Below, piece after piece: positions 26,973 through 39,771 of a stretch of DNA of 64,000 nucleotides. The notes under the pieces are model-generated. The model worked only from the letters and a program-made list of their open reading frames with translations. It made no database searches and had not been told where the DNA came from. The stretch's first letter is position 1. Each line of letters starts with the position of its first letter. The stretch spans positions 48,236,001 through 48,300,000 of the forward strand of contig NC_086382.1 of NCBI RefSeq assembly GCF_036588685.1, given 5' to 3'. Made by a program: the position numbers and the translations under genes. The DNA is from Mytilus trossulus. Lineage: Eukaryota.

Positions 26973-28654
26973 TTTCATTTAAAAGTTTCATGTAATAGTT
27001 ATTTTCAATTTTAAATGTTTATTACGAATGGCGGACGTTAACCACACAAATGGAATATATATATTTTTAAAAAACTAATATTTAACACATTTAGTAGATT
27101 GAACTGGTAAATCTCACTCTCAACCACAATAAATAAAAAGCAATTATTCTTAAAAATAAAAATAAAAGTTAGAAACCTCAAACTAAAGTACTTTCTCAAA
27201 TTCAGTTAACAAGTACAGGTTCCGTTAACACATTATATTATAAAAAGAAAAAAATCATGCAATTTTAATGTCGAAAGTATACAGAGTAAAACTTGTACAG
27301 TTAAAACAGAGAGGAAAAAATACATTTAAAAAAAATTTGAATAAAAACGCTTAAAAAATCAAAAATATAAAAAAAAAAATGAATTTGCACTTATTGTAAG
27401 CCTACAGTCAGTGCATTTAAATGGAAAATATTGTATGTTTGTTATCGCAACAGCAACAACTCTCACAGGATACATCATAGTGTGGTCAATAAGATGGATT
27501 GCTGATCTTTTTTTTAATAGAATGTTGCCACCCCAACTTGTTGTCACTTAAAGTGTTCCCTTATTCCAATTGTTTTGTTGTTATTTGCTCAACCTCTAGT
27601 GGAGAATCGTTATTGCATATTTAGAACGAGAATAACTCAACAATCTTAAACAATATAGATATGGTAAGCGTGATGACTGCCACTTGATCTTAGAAAAGGA
27701 CAGAATGTTTCACTTACTTACAACACTCAGAGTTTGTTATTGATATGCAGACTCGTTAACCCTTCATGTGTTTTAGGATTAAACGTTCAAAATAAAATAT
27801 AATGCTCTCTTTCCGAGGCCAAGGGTGAATTATTTTGTAATATTTACTATAAAATGCCTTAATTCAAGAAAAGGATGATGTCTTTTAGGTGTAACTATAT
27901 ATTGACAAACAATGCGTTGCTACACAAACACTACGTAGAAAGGCAACTTCAAATGACTGATGACTTGATCTCTATGGAAAACAATTTAGTGAGATTCCAT
28001 CAATGTTGACGGTCTGTAAAACTTATCAAATCTTTATTCTCAAGATTATGATAAGAAAATCTAGACATCATATTTTTATGGTTTGGACATTTGTATGAAA
28101 TACTCATTTTTATTGCCTGCTGTGTCGCTGGTAAATTACTATTGGTCTGCCACTAAAGAAATTAGTTACTATAATTAACTATACTATATTAAAATCTCCT
28201 TCGGTGGACGTCTTCAAAGAAAAGTAATAATTATAATGTCGGCCAGTTCACGTGAGATTCTCGCACGAATAAGGTTCCCATGCTGTAAATAGAATAATTA
28301 AATATAAGTGTTCAATACATAAATGTGATAACAAATTCATGTAACAAAGTATCATAAATAAAGAAAACAAGTATGTAAAGCAGTACAAGTGGAGAAATAA
28401 AAGAAGCTTCACTAGAACCCCAAGGATAATGAGCAGTTAACATTATCATTAGATTTTACAGAAAAACATAAATTAAAATTCCACATGTGCTTCAGAATAT
28501 CTAAACAATAAAAGTATGCAATAAAACATTTATTTTTCAACTTTCACAGAAAATATAGAACAAGATAGAATTTAGATCATACAAGTCAATGAAAATAAAG
28601 CACTTTTCCATCCTAAGGTTTTCGTGAATCTACATGAGATGTATGCAATTGCAA

Positions 28655-28960
28655 ATCATTCGTTATAGATCTACTTGAAATACATGCCACTGCACAACAC
28701 TTCACAACCATACGTTATGATAGATCTACAAGAAATATTTGCCACTATACAGAATTCAATCCAAACATTCGTTATAAGGAATGTAAGTGAAGTAGTTGCC
28801 ACTTCACCATACAATTCAACCATATATAATATTAACGAATAAACGTAAAATAGTTACCACTGCACTATACATTTCAACCATATATTATAATGAATATACT
28901 CAGTAAAATACATTGTAGTTGCCACTGCACTATACAAATTATATATTATAATGAATCAAC
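28655..28960. repeat. Degenerate tandem repeat, about 55-65 bp x5
   Basis: Recurring ttgccactgcac.ataca.ttcaaccata core at about 28687, 28741, 28798, 28856 and 28921. Confidence 0.7.
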
Positions 28961-31602
28961 ATAAAACAATTGCCTATGTCAAACAACTAATCAACAATTT
29001 TTGAATAAAATAAATCATTGAAATTTTGAAATTTTTGTCTTTTTTATTATTCACCAATTAGATACTTTTTGTCCAGTGATAAATATGTTATGTACAACAA
29101 CAGGTTGTTTTAAAATAGACCATTTTAATTCAGTTAGATATTATCTTCGAATGTGTCGACACTAGCGTGAAAGGCGAGAAATTTTGACGGCCACATACAT
29201 TTTAAAGTCATCTATTTCGTCGGAGCATTTTTAAATGCTCAATTACAGCCGATTAACCGTCTCTTTCTATGTTTTCAATCCTAACAATTGTATTATTTAG
29301 TTTTACTTATTTTTTTAATCATGGATCTCATGTGCATGTATGGGGAAATCGGTTTATGATAAAAGTTTAAAGTTAATACTAGAATTCATTGAACATTCGC
29401 AAACCTTATAATAACATTCATTTGAGAATGGCACTGGCACATTTTTATGGCGGTGGTTACGGATAATACTGGTTATGTATATTGTGATGCAATCAAAAAA
29501 TATATTGGAATATAGTGTTTCTTTAACCGGAAATGAAAGTGTTCTTAATAAATATGTTGGTAATGTTGCGTTTATTGAAACTGTTATGAATTAACCACAT
29601 AAGTTTGCCACTTCAGTCGTCAACCGGAACTCATCATGCTCTACTTGACTCTGTGTCTGACTTCTCTAAAGTGTCTTTTCCCGGAAGTCGTTACCAAAAA
29701 AAGATTAAAACGAATGTCTTTTCATCACAGATACAAGGATTTAAACTCTTGAAGAGAAGTCCCGAAAGGCAAGTGGTAAACTCTTCGAAATGTAATAGGG
29801 TATATTGGCAAATAACCGTCATCTTAAAAGACCGCCCATTGGTTCTAGTTAATTAAACACCATTAAGGAACTTAATTGCGTCATGGGAGAGATGTTTTAA
29901 TTCTGCTGCTGATAGTAATGCGCCGTTATTCTTGTTGATGGCTTCCTTATGGCTTTGATAAATTGTCAACGGAATAGAAGCATTTCTTAATTTGCCACCA
30001 ATAAAAGAAACAGCGCTAGTTATCACATGAAGAGCAATTTTCCGGTAATGATATTGATTAAAGGCTCACGGAGCTCTAACATATCTCTATAATAACTTGG
30101 TTTATTGTGTATATGTTGTATTATATGCATTTTTAAAAAGACAGATATCTTCGAGTAATCTTAGATTCAAGTCTGCAAAAGATGCATCGTAAAAAAAATC
30201 AAAAGAACGCAACTTTATTACTTTGATTACAAAAATCTCTTTTAATGCATTTTGCAAAGAGATTTAGTAAGTCTTTTATACGTAAGACGGATGAATATAT
30301 ATTATTTTAAGTATCCGTGATGAATTGTAACCATTATAATCTGTTATTAATTTATTATCATGAATTCTGAGGAATTATTAACACAAAGTGTTCATAAAAT
30401 TGTAGTGCATTGAATTTGTTTTTGACTTTATATCTGATGGCTACGCAAAGAAAACTATTATATTAATTTTGGAATAGCTGAAGTAATAAATCCCAAAGGG
30501 TTGACTAGGGTTTAGAAATATAGAAGCCATGTCTTCTCTCGTCTGGGATAAGAGACTTTGTTTGAAGGGTGTCTGTTTGGTTGTGCGGAATAAATATTGC
30601 GTAGCTACGTCATCAAGAAAGGGAGTTAAATATGAAAAAATTAACGGTCTCTACTATACAACAACTCGAGGTCCATTTTTATTACTTCTTATTTTCTGCT
30701 ACCCCTTTTTCTTACAAGGAAAAACAATGTTACATATCATGCATGTGAGCTCATTTTGTCCTAATAGGAGAACAAAACGTGATTATTGTCATTTTCATAT
30801 TTTTTTTATATATATATTATTGCGGGATATACTAGATTCTTGGTCTTAAAGATAAGACGGCATACAGGAGCAATTGTTTGACCGCTGACATTTTGTATTG
30901 GCTTTGACATTGCTTTTGCGTCATAACTATTTTACAATAGACACATATTTGACAAGACAAAACTCAAGCAACGAAAAATGTGGCCTGATTATATATTATC
31001 AAAAATATAAATAAGTCCATGATATCCTAACGAAACACATGTCTCAGGAAGACCATCACTATTAATGGCAGTGACTAAAAAATTTTAAAGCAAAAATTAT
31101 AGAAAGAAGAATACAAAAAAGAATTTAAACAACATACAAAACTTTAATATGCCATTTTTTTTACATTAATAAGGCCGTTAGTTTTTTCGCTTGAATTGTT
31201 TTACATTGTCTTATCGGGGCCTTTTATAGCTGACTATATGCGGTATGGGCTTTGCTCATTGTAGAAGGCCATACGGTGACCTATAATTGTTAATGTTTGT
31301 GTCATTTTGGTCTTTTTGTGGATAGTTGTCTCATTGGCAATCGTACCACATCTTCTTTTTTATATGTTACCAAAAGTTTGAAAATCGAAAGACATTTGAA
31401 TGCATGGAAGGACAAAAAGCAAAATATAACAGCTCGTAAGGTCTAACATTACAGACGGTAGTTTCAACTCTACCGTAAGTGCAGCTTCATTACAAACTTT
31501 TGAAATAGAAATTCACAAGGAAAAACACAATATTTTACAAAATTCCATATAGAACAGTACCAGAAATACAGATCTTTATTTTGAAATATAAAAGTAATTA
31601 TA

Positions 31603-31912
31603 CACTGTAAAAATGGTGTTCAGATCCTAAACACAATGCTAAGCACATCTTTTGTGCACTTTTGTTTACATGTAGAGATCTAAACGTGTCTCAGTACAAT
31701 GTGTTTAGGATTGTGTTTAGAATCGTGTTTAGCTTAGAAAAATGTGTTTTATTTCTATACACTTTCATTTTTAAACGTGTTTAAATTCACGTCATGTTTA
31801 AATATTATTTGCTTACTGAAAAATGTGTTTAGAAATTAAACACAATCCTAAACACGTTTAGATCTAAACATGTATCACAAGTGTTTAAATTCTAAGCACA
31901 ATTTTTACAGTG
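31603..31912. mobile_element. CACT-ended (EnSpm/CACTA-like) MITE, 310 bp
   Basis: CACTGTAAAAAT...ATTTTTACAGTG, TA on both sides, many internal TAAACAC/GTGTTTA motifs. Confidence 0.85.
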
Positions 31913-33001
31913 TACCTATTATACAAGTAGCCAATAAGAACATTCCTGTGTTCAAGTTGTATCAAGTAGTGTAAGCACTAAACTATTTTTCTATCTTTTT
32001 CATGAAATTCTGATCTTGTCATTTGGCACGTGGCGGAACCGTCCTTAAATTTCAAAAAGGTTATCGGCCATAACATATGATTAATTTGGTTGTTAAAACA
32101 TATCGATGATAAAAGCTACTATGATAAGAAACCGTATTGCTTGAGAGAAGACAAGTACGTGATAGAAACGCAAAAAGAAGAAAACAATATCAAGTTTTTA
32201 TACGTTGAAACCTGCAACTATTTCGCTATTTACAAGAAATATCACATTTTTCATATCAGCCCTATAAATAAGTGTCTACTACTGAATCTTTTTACCACAA
32301 ATACTGTTTTGAAGAACACGAAAAACTATTACTTACCTTAGTCTTGATGATCAGGTTAAAAGATATGTTCTATGATCTTCTATTTTGCTATCATAGTGAT
32401 TATAACTAGTTGGTGAAAATTGTCAGTCTAGTTTGATGTTTTATACCTCACATAAACCATGATTATTCATTTCCATTTTAAGCCTTAAGCGTCCGTTTTA
32501 TCCGTTGACGTCCGTTTTGTTCGATGGAAAATTTTGAGCATGTTCAAAACTTTGAACGGACGTCCAACGGATAAAATTTCCGTTGAACTTCCGTTAAGCG
32601 TCCGTTAGGCGTCCGTTTTGTACGGTACTCGTCCGTTTTGTATCCGTTACGTGTCCGTTATGCATCCGTTGGAGATCCGGTAGACCAATTCACCAACGAA
32701 CGTCTACCGGACGCCTAACGGACGCCTAACGAATAAAACGGATGTGAAACGGACATTAACGGAAGGATAACGGATAAAACGGATGCCTACTGATAGTTTA
32801 TTCTCATAAAACCATGCAAGTTCAAAGGTTACAGAGAAGTTGAAAAATAATATACATCAAAAACAAATATGCATTAGAAATGCATAAAATTCAAAAATAC
32901 TAGATGTAAAACGGACAAACGCCAATTGAAATTTCGCGTCAGAAATGCTAATATATGGTATGTTAGATTTTCGTGAGTGTCATGACTATTTATTATTCGT
33001 T

Positions 33002-33185
33002 ATGGATCTTGGAGTAAGAGCACGTCTTCGCTACCAAGCAGCTCTTATTCAGGCCAGACTCAACTTAAATGTAGCAAATATAACCCTTATAGCTGTCGAA
33101 AGGAGAAGACAAAGGAGATGGTGGACACGACCATGGCTTAGTCCTGAAAGACGACGCAGTTTTTGTCTATATGACCAAATCATGA
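33002..33185 (+). pseudogene. Harbinger-type transposase N-terminal remnant
   Basis: ERRRQRRWWTRPWLSPERRRSFCLYDQIM resembles the RRWWVRPW...LY..LM N-terminus of Harbinger transposases. No DDE core follows. Confidence 0.7.
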
Positions 33186-33320
33186 AGAAACGTAAAAACA
33201 AATCGGATAAATTGTTCAATTTGTTTGGTACGTGTGACCTTGATAACTGTCCTACTGACCAGACTTTCCCAGAAGCAAATATTATAACATATATACTAGA
33301 TACCATGTCCATCTGACGCG

Positions 33321-33412
33321 CCTTTAATTTTCAGATGGTTTATTTCTTTTAATTTTCAGATGGTTTATTGCCTTTAATTTTTAGATGGTTTATTGCCTTT
33401 AATTTTCAGATT
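33321..33412. repeat. 25-bp tandem repeat x3.6 (cctttaattttcagatggtttattg)
   Basis: Directly visible inside Harbinger copy A; a shorter inverted version lies at 33930-33986. Confidence 0.85.
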
Positions 33413-33992
33413 ATTTTGTTCATCCGTTTTATCCGTTACGCTTCCGTTAGGTGTCCGTTTTATCCGGTACTCGTCCGTTGGATGTACGTTCGACGTCCGT
33501 TCTGTCCGGTATGTATCCGTTTCACGTACGTTCAATGTCCGTTGTGTGTCCGTTAGGCATTCGTTACATGTCCGTTAGTACACCAACAGACTCCCAACGG
33601 ATAAAAATTTTGTCAACGGATAACTTTTTTTTATCCGTTAGGCGTCCGTTTGAGCTATCCGGTAAGGTGTGACCAAGGCTTACCGGATAGCTCGAAAGGA
33701 CGCCTAACGGATAAAAAAAAAGTTATCCGTTGACCAAATTTTTATCCGTTGGGAGTCCGTTGGTGTTCTTACGGACATGTAACGAATGCCTAACGGACAC
33801 ACAACGAACATTGAACGTACGCGAAACGGATACGTACCGGACAGAACGGACTTCAAACGTACATCCAACGGACGAGTACCGGATAAAACGTACACCTAAC
33901 GGAAGCGTAACGGATAAAACGGATGAACAAAATAATCTGACAATTAAAGGCAATAAAGCATCTAAAAATTAAAGGCAATAAACCATGCCAAA

Positions 33993-34590
33993 GGAGTAGG
34001 TCCGGTAAGCACCGATTTTGGCCTCAAATTTCAGGTTCATCTGACGAAAGATTTTGACAACGTGCCTATTTCAAATGTTGCGATTGATTTATGTGAAAGA
34101 TTCTCTTTTAATTCATTCAATTACTTTTTGTGAAAGATTTTAACTGATTTAATAATTAAAAACGACCCGATTCAAGCTCAAATTTGAAAAATCTACCAAA
34201 TATGCCGAAAAATGTAACTTTTCAGATGGTTTTTTTCAAAAATGAAAGTGGCCGCATCCGTGTTTATCCTCAACCTTTACATATGTTATGTATTATCCTC
34301 AAATATAACTTACATTTCAATATCAAGGATGAACACGGATGCGGCCACTTTCGTTTTACACGGAAACCGTCTGAAATTTAACTTAAATGCTAGAATTTGG
34401 AAGATTTCAGTAATTTAGCATGACTTTGTGGTGCTAGTTCCCGATATATGTGCATTGTATTATAAAAAAAGCCCATATTTATATAGCAGAAGCATTCTAC
34501 TGTCCAATAAATAACTAATAGTTTACATTTTAACAACTTTGTAAAACTGCTATATTTGGGGGCAAAAAGGGGTCTTACTGAACCTACTCC
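33993..34590. mobile_element. Spy-like non-autonomous element (598 bp) nested in Harbinger copy B
   Basis: GGAGTAGGTCCGGTAAG...CTTACTGAACCTACTCC with AAA|TTT flanks. Internal inverted repeat at about 34238-34358. Confidence 0.85.
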
Positions 34591-37500
34591 TTTCAATTGG
34601 CATTTGTCCGTTTTGCATCCGTTTTATCCGTTATCCTTCCGTTAATGTCCGTTTCACATCCGTTTCACATCCGTTTTATCCGTTAGGCGTCCGTAAGGCG
34701 TCCGGTAGACGTCCGTTGGTGAATTGGTCTACCGGATCTCCAACGGATACATAACGAACACGTAACGGATACAAAATGGACGAGTACCGTACAAAACGGA
34801 CGTCTAACGGACGTTCAACGGACATTTTATCCGTTGGACGTCCGTTCACAGTTTTGAACATGCTCAAAATTTTCCACCGGACAGAACGGACGTCAACAGA
34901 TAAAACGGACGCTTAACGGACATGCAACGGATAGTGACGGACGCCTAACGGATAAGAACGGACGTCTAACGGACATGAACGGATTGAAAAAAAGTTATCC
35001 GTTAGGCGTCCGTTCGAGCTATCCGGTAAGGTGTGACCGAGGCTGTAAGGTGTGACCGAGGCTTTATAAATGGAAGTTGAAGTTTTCTATAGATGAAGCA
35101 GTAGTCGTCTTCAATACATGTATATCAGTTTATATCTTTTTCATTATAAGCAGGTTTTTTTTGTGGTTTGTAATATGTCAACTTCTAAATCTCAAATATG
35201 ATATGCATGTCACATAAGATTACCCCTTTACATGTATGGAAAGCGATTTGGTTCATTAGAAAAGAGTCAATAAAGCAATTAAACATTTTTCAACAGATTG
35301 TGCGTTTCTGTTCAGACCTGCCATTTTCTTGCACCGAGCGTAGTCCTGACTAAAGTAATCATTACCATGAAAGCATGCAATCGAAATGAATGAATCTTAA
35401 AATGTTATTATGCTAGGAAATCATATATATGAATATATAAGTTATATGGAAATTGCTACAGAACTAGCAGCTCGGCAATTTTTGAAAGGCAAGATTAAAG
35501 TCGAATCTTCTGATGTGAATGTTCCAAATGCATTTGCCTGGCCTTTACGCAGATTACCACGTTGCCGTAATGAATAATGGGCCATTGCTTGAGTGAACAC
35601 TGGCCTTTGGGACTCGAAATAGCTTCTTTTTCTAATTAAAAATTGTATTGAGTATAAAATGGTGGCTTTAAATTTACCGTCGACAGTTGACGGCAGCAGC
35701 AGATACTATGGCCTGGTAGCCGTGTCCTATCTCTGCTAAACTTCGGTCGAACAGAGGGCCATAGTCCAAGGCTACAGATATTATAACAGTTTCACAGACT
35801 GTAAATATGATTTCTCTTGCGGAATGCTAGATTTTTTTCGGTAATGTTATTATAAGAATCGTAAACTTTTATGGTACCCCATTAATGAAGGAATTCGTTT
35901 TGTTGTGTAATGCAGATGGAAAATTATCACTAGGAATGATCAATTAGTTTCGTATCCTTGTCATCGCTTCATCTTGTCTACGTTAAAGCTTATCAGTGCA
36001 TCGGTGGTGAGGTGACCTGGCGGTAGCATGCAATAATTTGCTTCAGAAGATGTCTTTAATTGTGTTTTTTATTTTCGTATTCCACTTAATACACGGTTTC
36101 AAAAATGTCTTTAAAAACTCCTGGATGATTCGCAGCGTGTTTCATTAGTTACTCTACGTTATAAAAATGATAAAATCAACGTTATCAAAATGTTTTGTCG
36201 TTTGAAGAAATTCGAATAGAGCACGTGCGCTTTTAACATATCGTCTGTACGTTTCATTTGGATGAAATGTTATTGGAATTTCAAAGTGCCCATAATTATT
36301 TGTTTTCAGTTTGCAGCTGCAGGGCTTGGATATTTCAGCATATATTCTTTTCGGTATCTTTATCAAGATATAGCATAATAAACTTTTAAAAAGGTACATT
36401 TCTTTTGATGAGCACATGAATACTTAATAAATCAATATAGTACATCTTTAGAGAGCTATTTTCAAGAATAAATTTCCTAATAATATAGGAAAATTCATTA
36501 AAGTTTTTAATTGAACAATTTTACACGTGTGCTAACATTAAAGTTTGTTTTAAACATTTGAAGATAATGTTAACTGCTTCCTAACAAGTTAATGCTGTAG
36601 TTTTATTACTTCTCTCAATTGAACGACAATAAAAATGAAATCATTTAGTTCAAAGAAAATATAAAATGTATTTATATAATATAGTTCTTACACTTGTTTT
36701 ACAGATGATGACAGCATTGTTAATTCTATATCCTAAAAAGTCATAGATATGGATTTCATATACATTGTGAGTGGTATATGTATATCAGACGCTCGAATAT
36801 GTCTCTTTTTTTTAATAAAGGTGTAAGTGCCTGCTTAGGCCTATCCGTCTCAAATAGACCATGTTGTTACCATTTGAAAACAGTCTATTTATTCTGTGGC
36901 ATCTGTTCGCATTTTTTTTTTTTTCTTTTTCTAATTTAAGTATTTTAACACTCAAGACTCCTAAGTTTGGTAAATACGACCATAATGTTGTATAACAGTG
37001 GTGTGTATAGAAAAGGGGTGTATCATGCACCCGTCGAATTTGTGCATGTATGAACTTTTTAAGTCTATTACGATTGCTTTATTATATAGTTTGATCTGTT
37101 TTGATGTGTAGTTTTCATTTTCCGCGCCGAATGTGTTATGCTCACTTCATCTTTATTTCATCATGTATATGAATATTCATTATGCAATTATTAATTGCTT
37201 ATTTGCATGAAATATGTATATGTAGTATAATTATGCATGATCTAAGTGTCCAGTCATCTTCTTTCACTTTTTTCACCAGCAAAACCATTATGACTTCATA
37301 CTATATAGTTTTACTTATTGTGTTATTTGTTTTACTCGTTGGAATCATATGGTAAAACACATACATGTATACACAATTTGTTAAAATAAGTAAATTAACT
37401 GGCTTTATTTTTATAATTATACCATTTCAGTTACCAGTTTATTTATTAAAGTAATTTTCATCATCATTTTTAACGTTTAAAAAAAATGCTGTTATTTCTT

Positions 37501-39223
37501 CGTTTTGTAATTTTGTTTTGGAACGCCTTACTTCAGCTAAAGACTTATTGAAAACTCATTAGAGTTCGTATTGTGAGTGATCATATTGCCTAAATCAACA
37601 AACTCGTGTCAAAGTGTTTATTTTGGATTGTTATATTGGTATATAAGAAAAGTATTTGGTGATAGCTTATTTACTTTTTTATCACCAATTTCCTCTTATT
37701 AGCCCCTCATTAATAACGAGAGACGGCTGACAAACATTCAGTTACTTCTTATTAAAACTTCTTCTTTCGCCAGAAATCCAGATGTTTCTGATCCCCTTAT
37801 CAAATTAAGTTGATTCCTCGTTTTCAAAATAATAAAAAAGAAATATATTTTATATTTAGCAATTGTCAGGTTTTGATTTGGATGATTTCGGATGAGATTT
37901 TATCAACATGAAAGGATGCATGCGGTGCTTATTACATACAAGTGAAAAGTTTAAAAATTAATATGCAAACGTAGTAAGCTACTTTACATAGAATTCTTGT
38001 TTTATGTTTATATCCAATTCTTGCGATTTTAGATATGTAAAGTATCGAAATGCCTTGCAACATTTGGTTGCTGTTCGAGTTACGAGTCTTGCAACTGACA
38101 CAAGCTCGGTATATACATGTATTAGTTAAACATTTGAAGTTTTGCAAAATTAACTTTAGTCAATAAATAAATAGAAAAAAAACCAAATACAAGAACAAAC
38201 ATTGCATAATGGATTGTAAATCTTTGGTTATGTCATTTTGGACGTAGACGAGTTTAGTTGTTCCGTATATCTTATAAACTGTCTGTTTACTGGCTGTATC
38301 ATCATTGTACTTCAGCGTATTAGTTGACTGTTTTCGGACAATGGATGTGAATGTACAGCATTCAATAGAAATAATGTGCTGTATATATGATTTTTTAGGT
38401 GCTCTTTGGACCAACTATGATGTTTTTTTAAAACAATTATTGTAAATAAATGTTTTTCGAGTGTCTGAACTTGTCAAATATAGGTCATACGTTGTACTTA
38501 ACTGATACTTTTGCTGGGTAACCCCAATAAGAATGCAAAATTTGACTACACGGTGACTATAGTTAAAGGTTACTCGTCCCTGGAACCTTGTATAATAAAT
38601 TTGTTTTTACATTTCATCTACATTTGATAACAGAAGGAATGGTTTGGGTGTTCACCAATTGAATCTCGTGAAATTTTAACATTACCAATGTATCATAGAA
38701 ACATATATTGTACTATGTTCTCGGTTGCGAGGTAAAACCTTAAAAGTAGCAAAAGGGTCAAAAGATAGCCCCCAAAAGTCAATTAATTGTATGTATATAT
38801 TATACAATTGTATTTCTAGAAAGTATTTGATATTTTTCCCGCGGAAAAAGGGACTTATATATCCAGAGACCATAGGATGAAATGAAGAAACCTTTAGGCC
38901 AATGTACAGTCTTCAACAATGAGCATAATAAATGTAAATGATTTGATTTGAACACAAAATTTGCTTAATTACAATTCTTTAACGTAAGACTATGATCGTA
39001 AAATCTAAGTCCCTACTTTTATCAAGCAAGATCAAAATTTAAATGCTGTTACCTCTATTGCCTCATTAAAAAAATCAAGCCATAGATTATTTAATAACTA
39101 CACAATACCACATTATTTTGTCTGTTCAAATTCGTGTAAGGCGAACTAATTATATGCACTAAAATTAAGAATGCACAATGTAATGTCGCTCAACTACAAA
39201 TAAGAAGAATTACAATTGCGAAC

Positions 39224-39229
39224 TTTATT
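39224..39229 (-). promoter_or_regulatory. Candidate MyoD polyadenylation signal AATAAA
   Basis: First AATAAA I see on the minus strand after the stop, about 400 nt downstream. No transcript evidence. Confidence 0.4.
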
Positions 39230-39391
39230 GAAGAAACGAAATATAAAAATATTATATCTAAAATACAATTTAACAATCTGAACCTATTAGGTACAACGAC
39301 TAAAATATTCACTGACATAAAATATCAAAACATAGATACAGCTATACACAATAATATCAGTTTGAAAGTATTAAAATATAGGCACCAAATT

Positions 39392-39477
39392 GTACATGAG
39401 TCAATTTTAAGCACTTGTGGTTGTCATATACACAAGTCCGTACATGAGTCAATTTAAAGCACTTGTGGTTGTCGTAT
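39392..39477. repeat. 48-bp-period tandem duplication in the putative MyoD 3' UTR
   Basis: gtacatgagtcaattt(t/a)aagcacttgtggttgtc occurs twice. Confidence 0.85.
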
Positions 39478-39628
39478 TTCAGATATATGCTGCCTTCGAT
39501 AGCGAATAATACGTATTGTAAAGTGTCCCTTTCATCGCACTCGTGTCTGAAAACATATAATGTGTTCATTCGTGTTTCCTTTTATCCATATTTGCATAGT
39601 TTTAGTCCAATCAACAACGGTGTAACAT

Positions 39629-39771
39629 TTACAATGGCCGCTCAGCAGACGACATAGTGTTTAAGTTCATAGATGATGCTGCGTTTGGGCTGATACTTTC
39701 TACTATTAATGACAGACAGTCCAGACTTGATACGCTGCTGGAGTGTTGTTGTTGCTGTTGCTGGTCGTATG
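39629..39771 (-). CDS. MyoD: MyoD coding exon 3 (helix III; (A)YDQQQQQQHSSSVSSLDCLSLIVESISPNAASSMNLNTMSSAERPL*)
   Basis: SSLDCLSLIVESIS is the MRF helix III signature. Acceptor tttttttcttacAG at 39773-39772 (phase 1). TAA stop at 39631-39629. Confidence 0.95.

Larger units (their letters stand above)
32481..35063. mobile_element. Composite of two inverted PIF/Harbinger-derived copies (A 32481-33680, B 33679-35044)
   Basis: Terminus ...CCGGTAAGGTGTGACC(A/G)AGGCT; TTA on both outer flanks; dense TCCGTT/AACGGA subterminal repeats; A and B are reverse complements. Confidence 0.88.

Noticed and set aside
33368-34867. Cluster of short ORFs on both strands
   Set aside because: Produced by TCCGTT/AACGGA subterminal repeats of the Harbinger palindrome.
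35705-35775. Short inverted repeat ACTATGGCC...GGCCATAGT
   Set aside because: Too short to call a MITE or a miRNA hairpin, with poor internal pairing.
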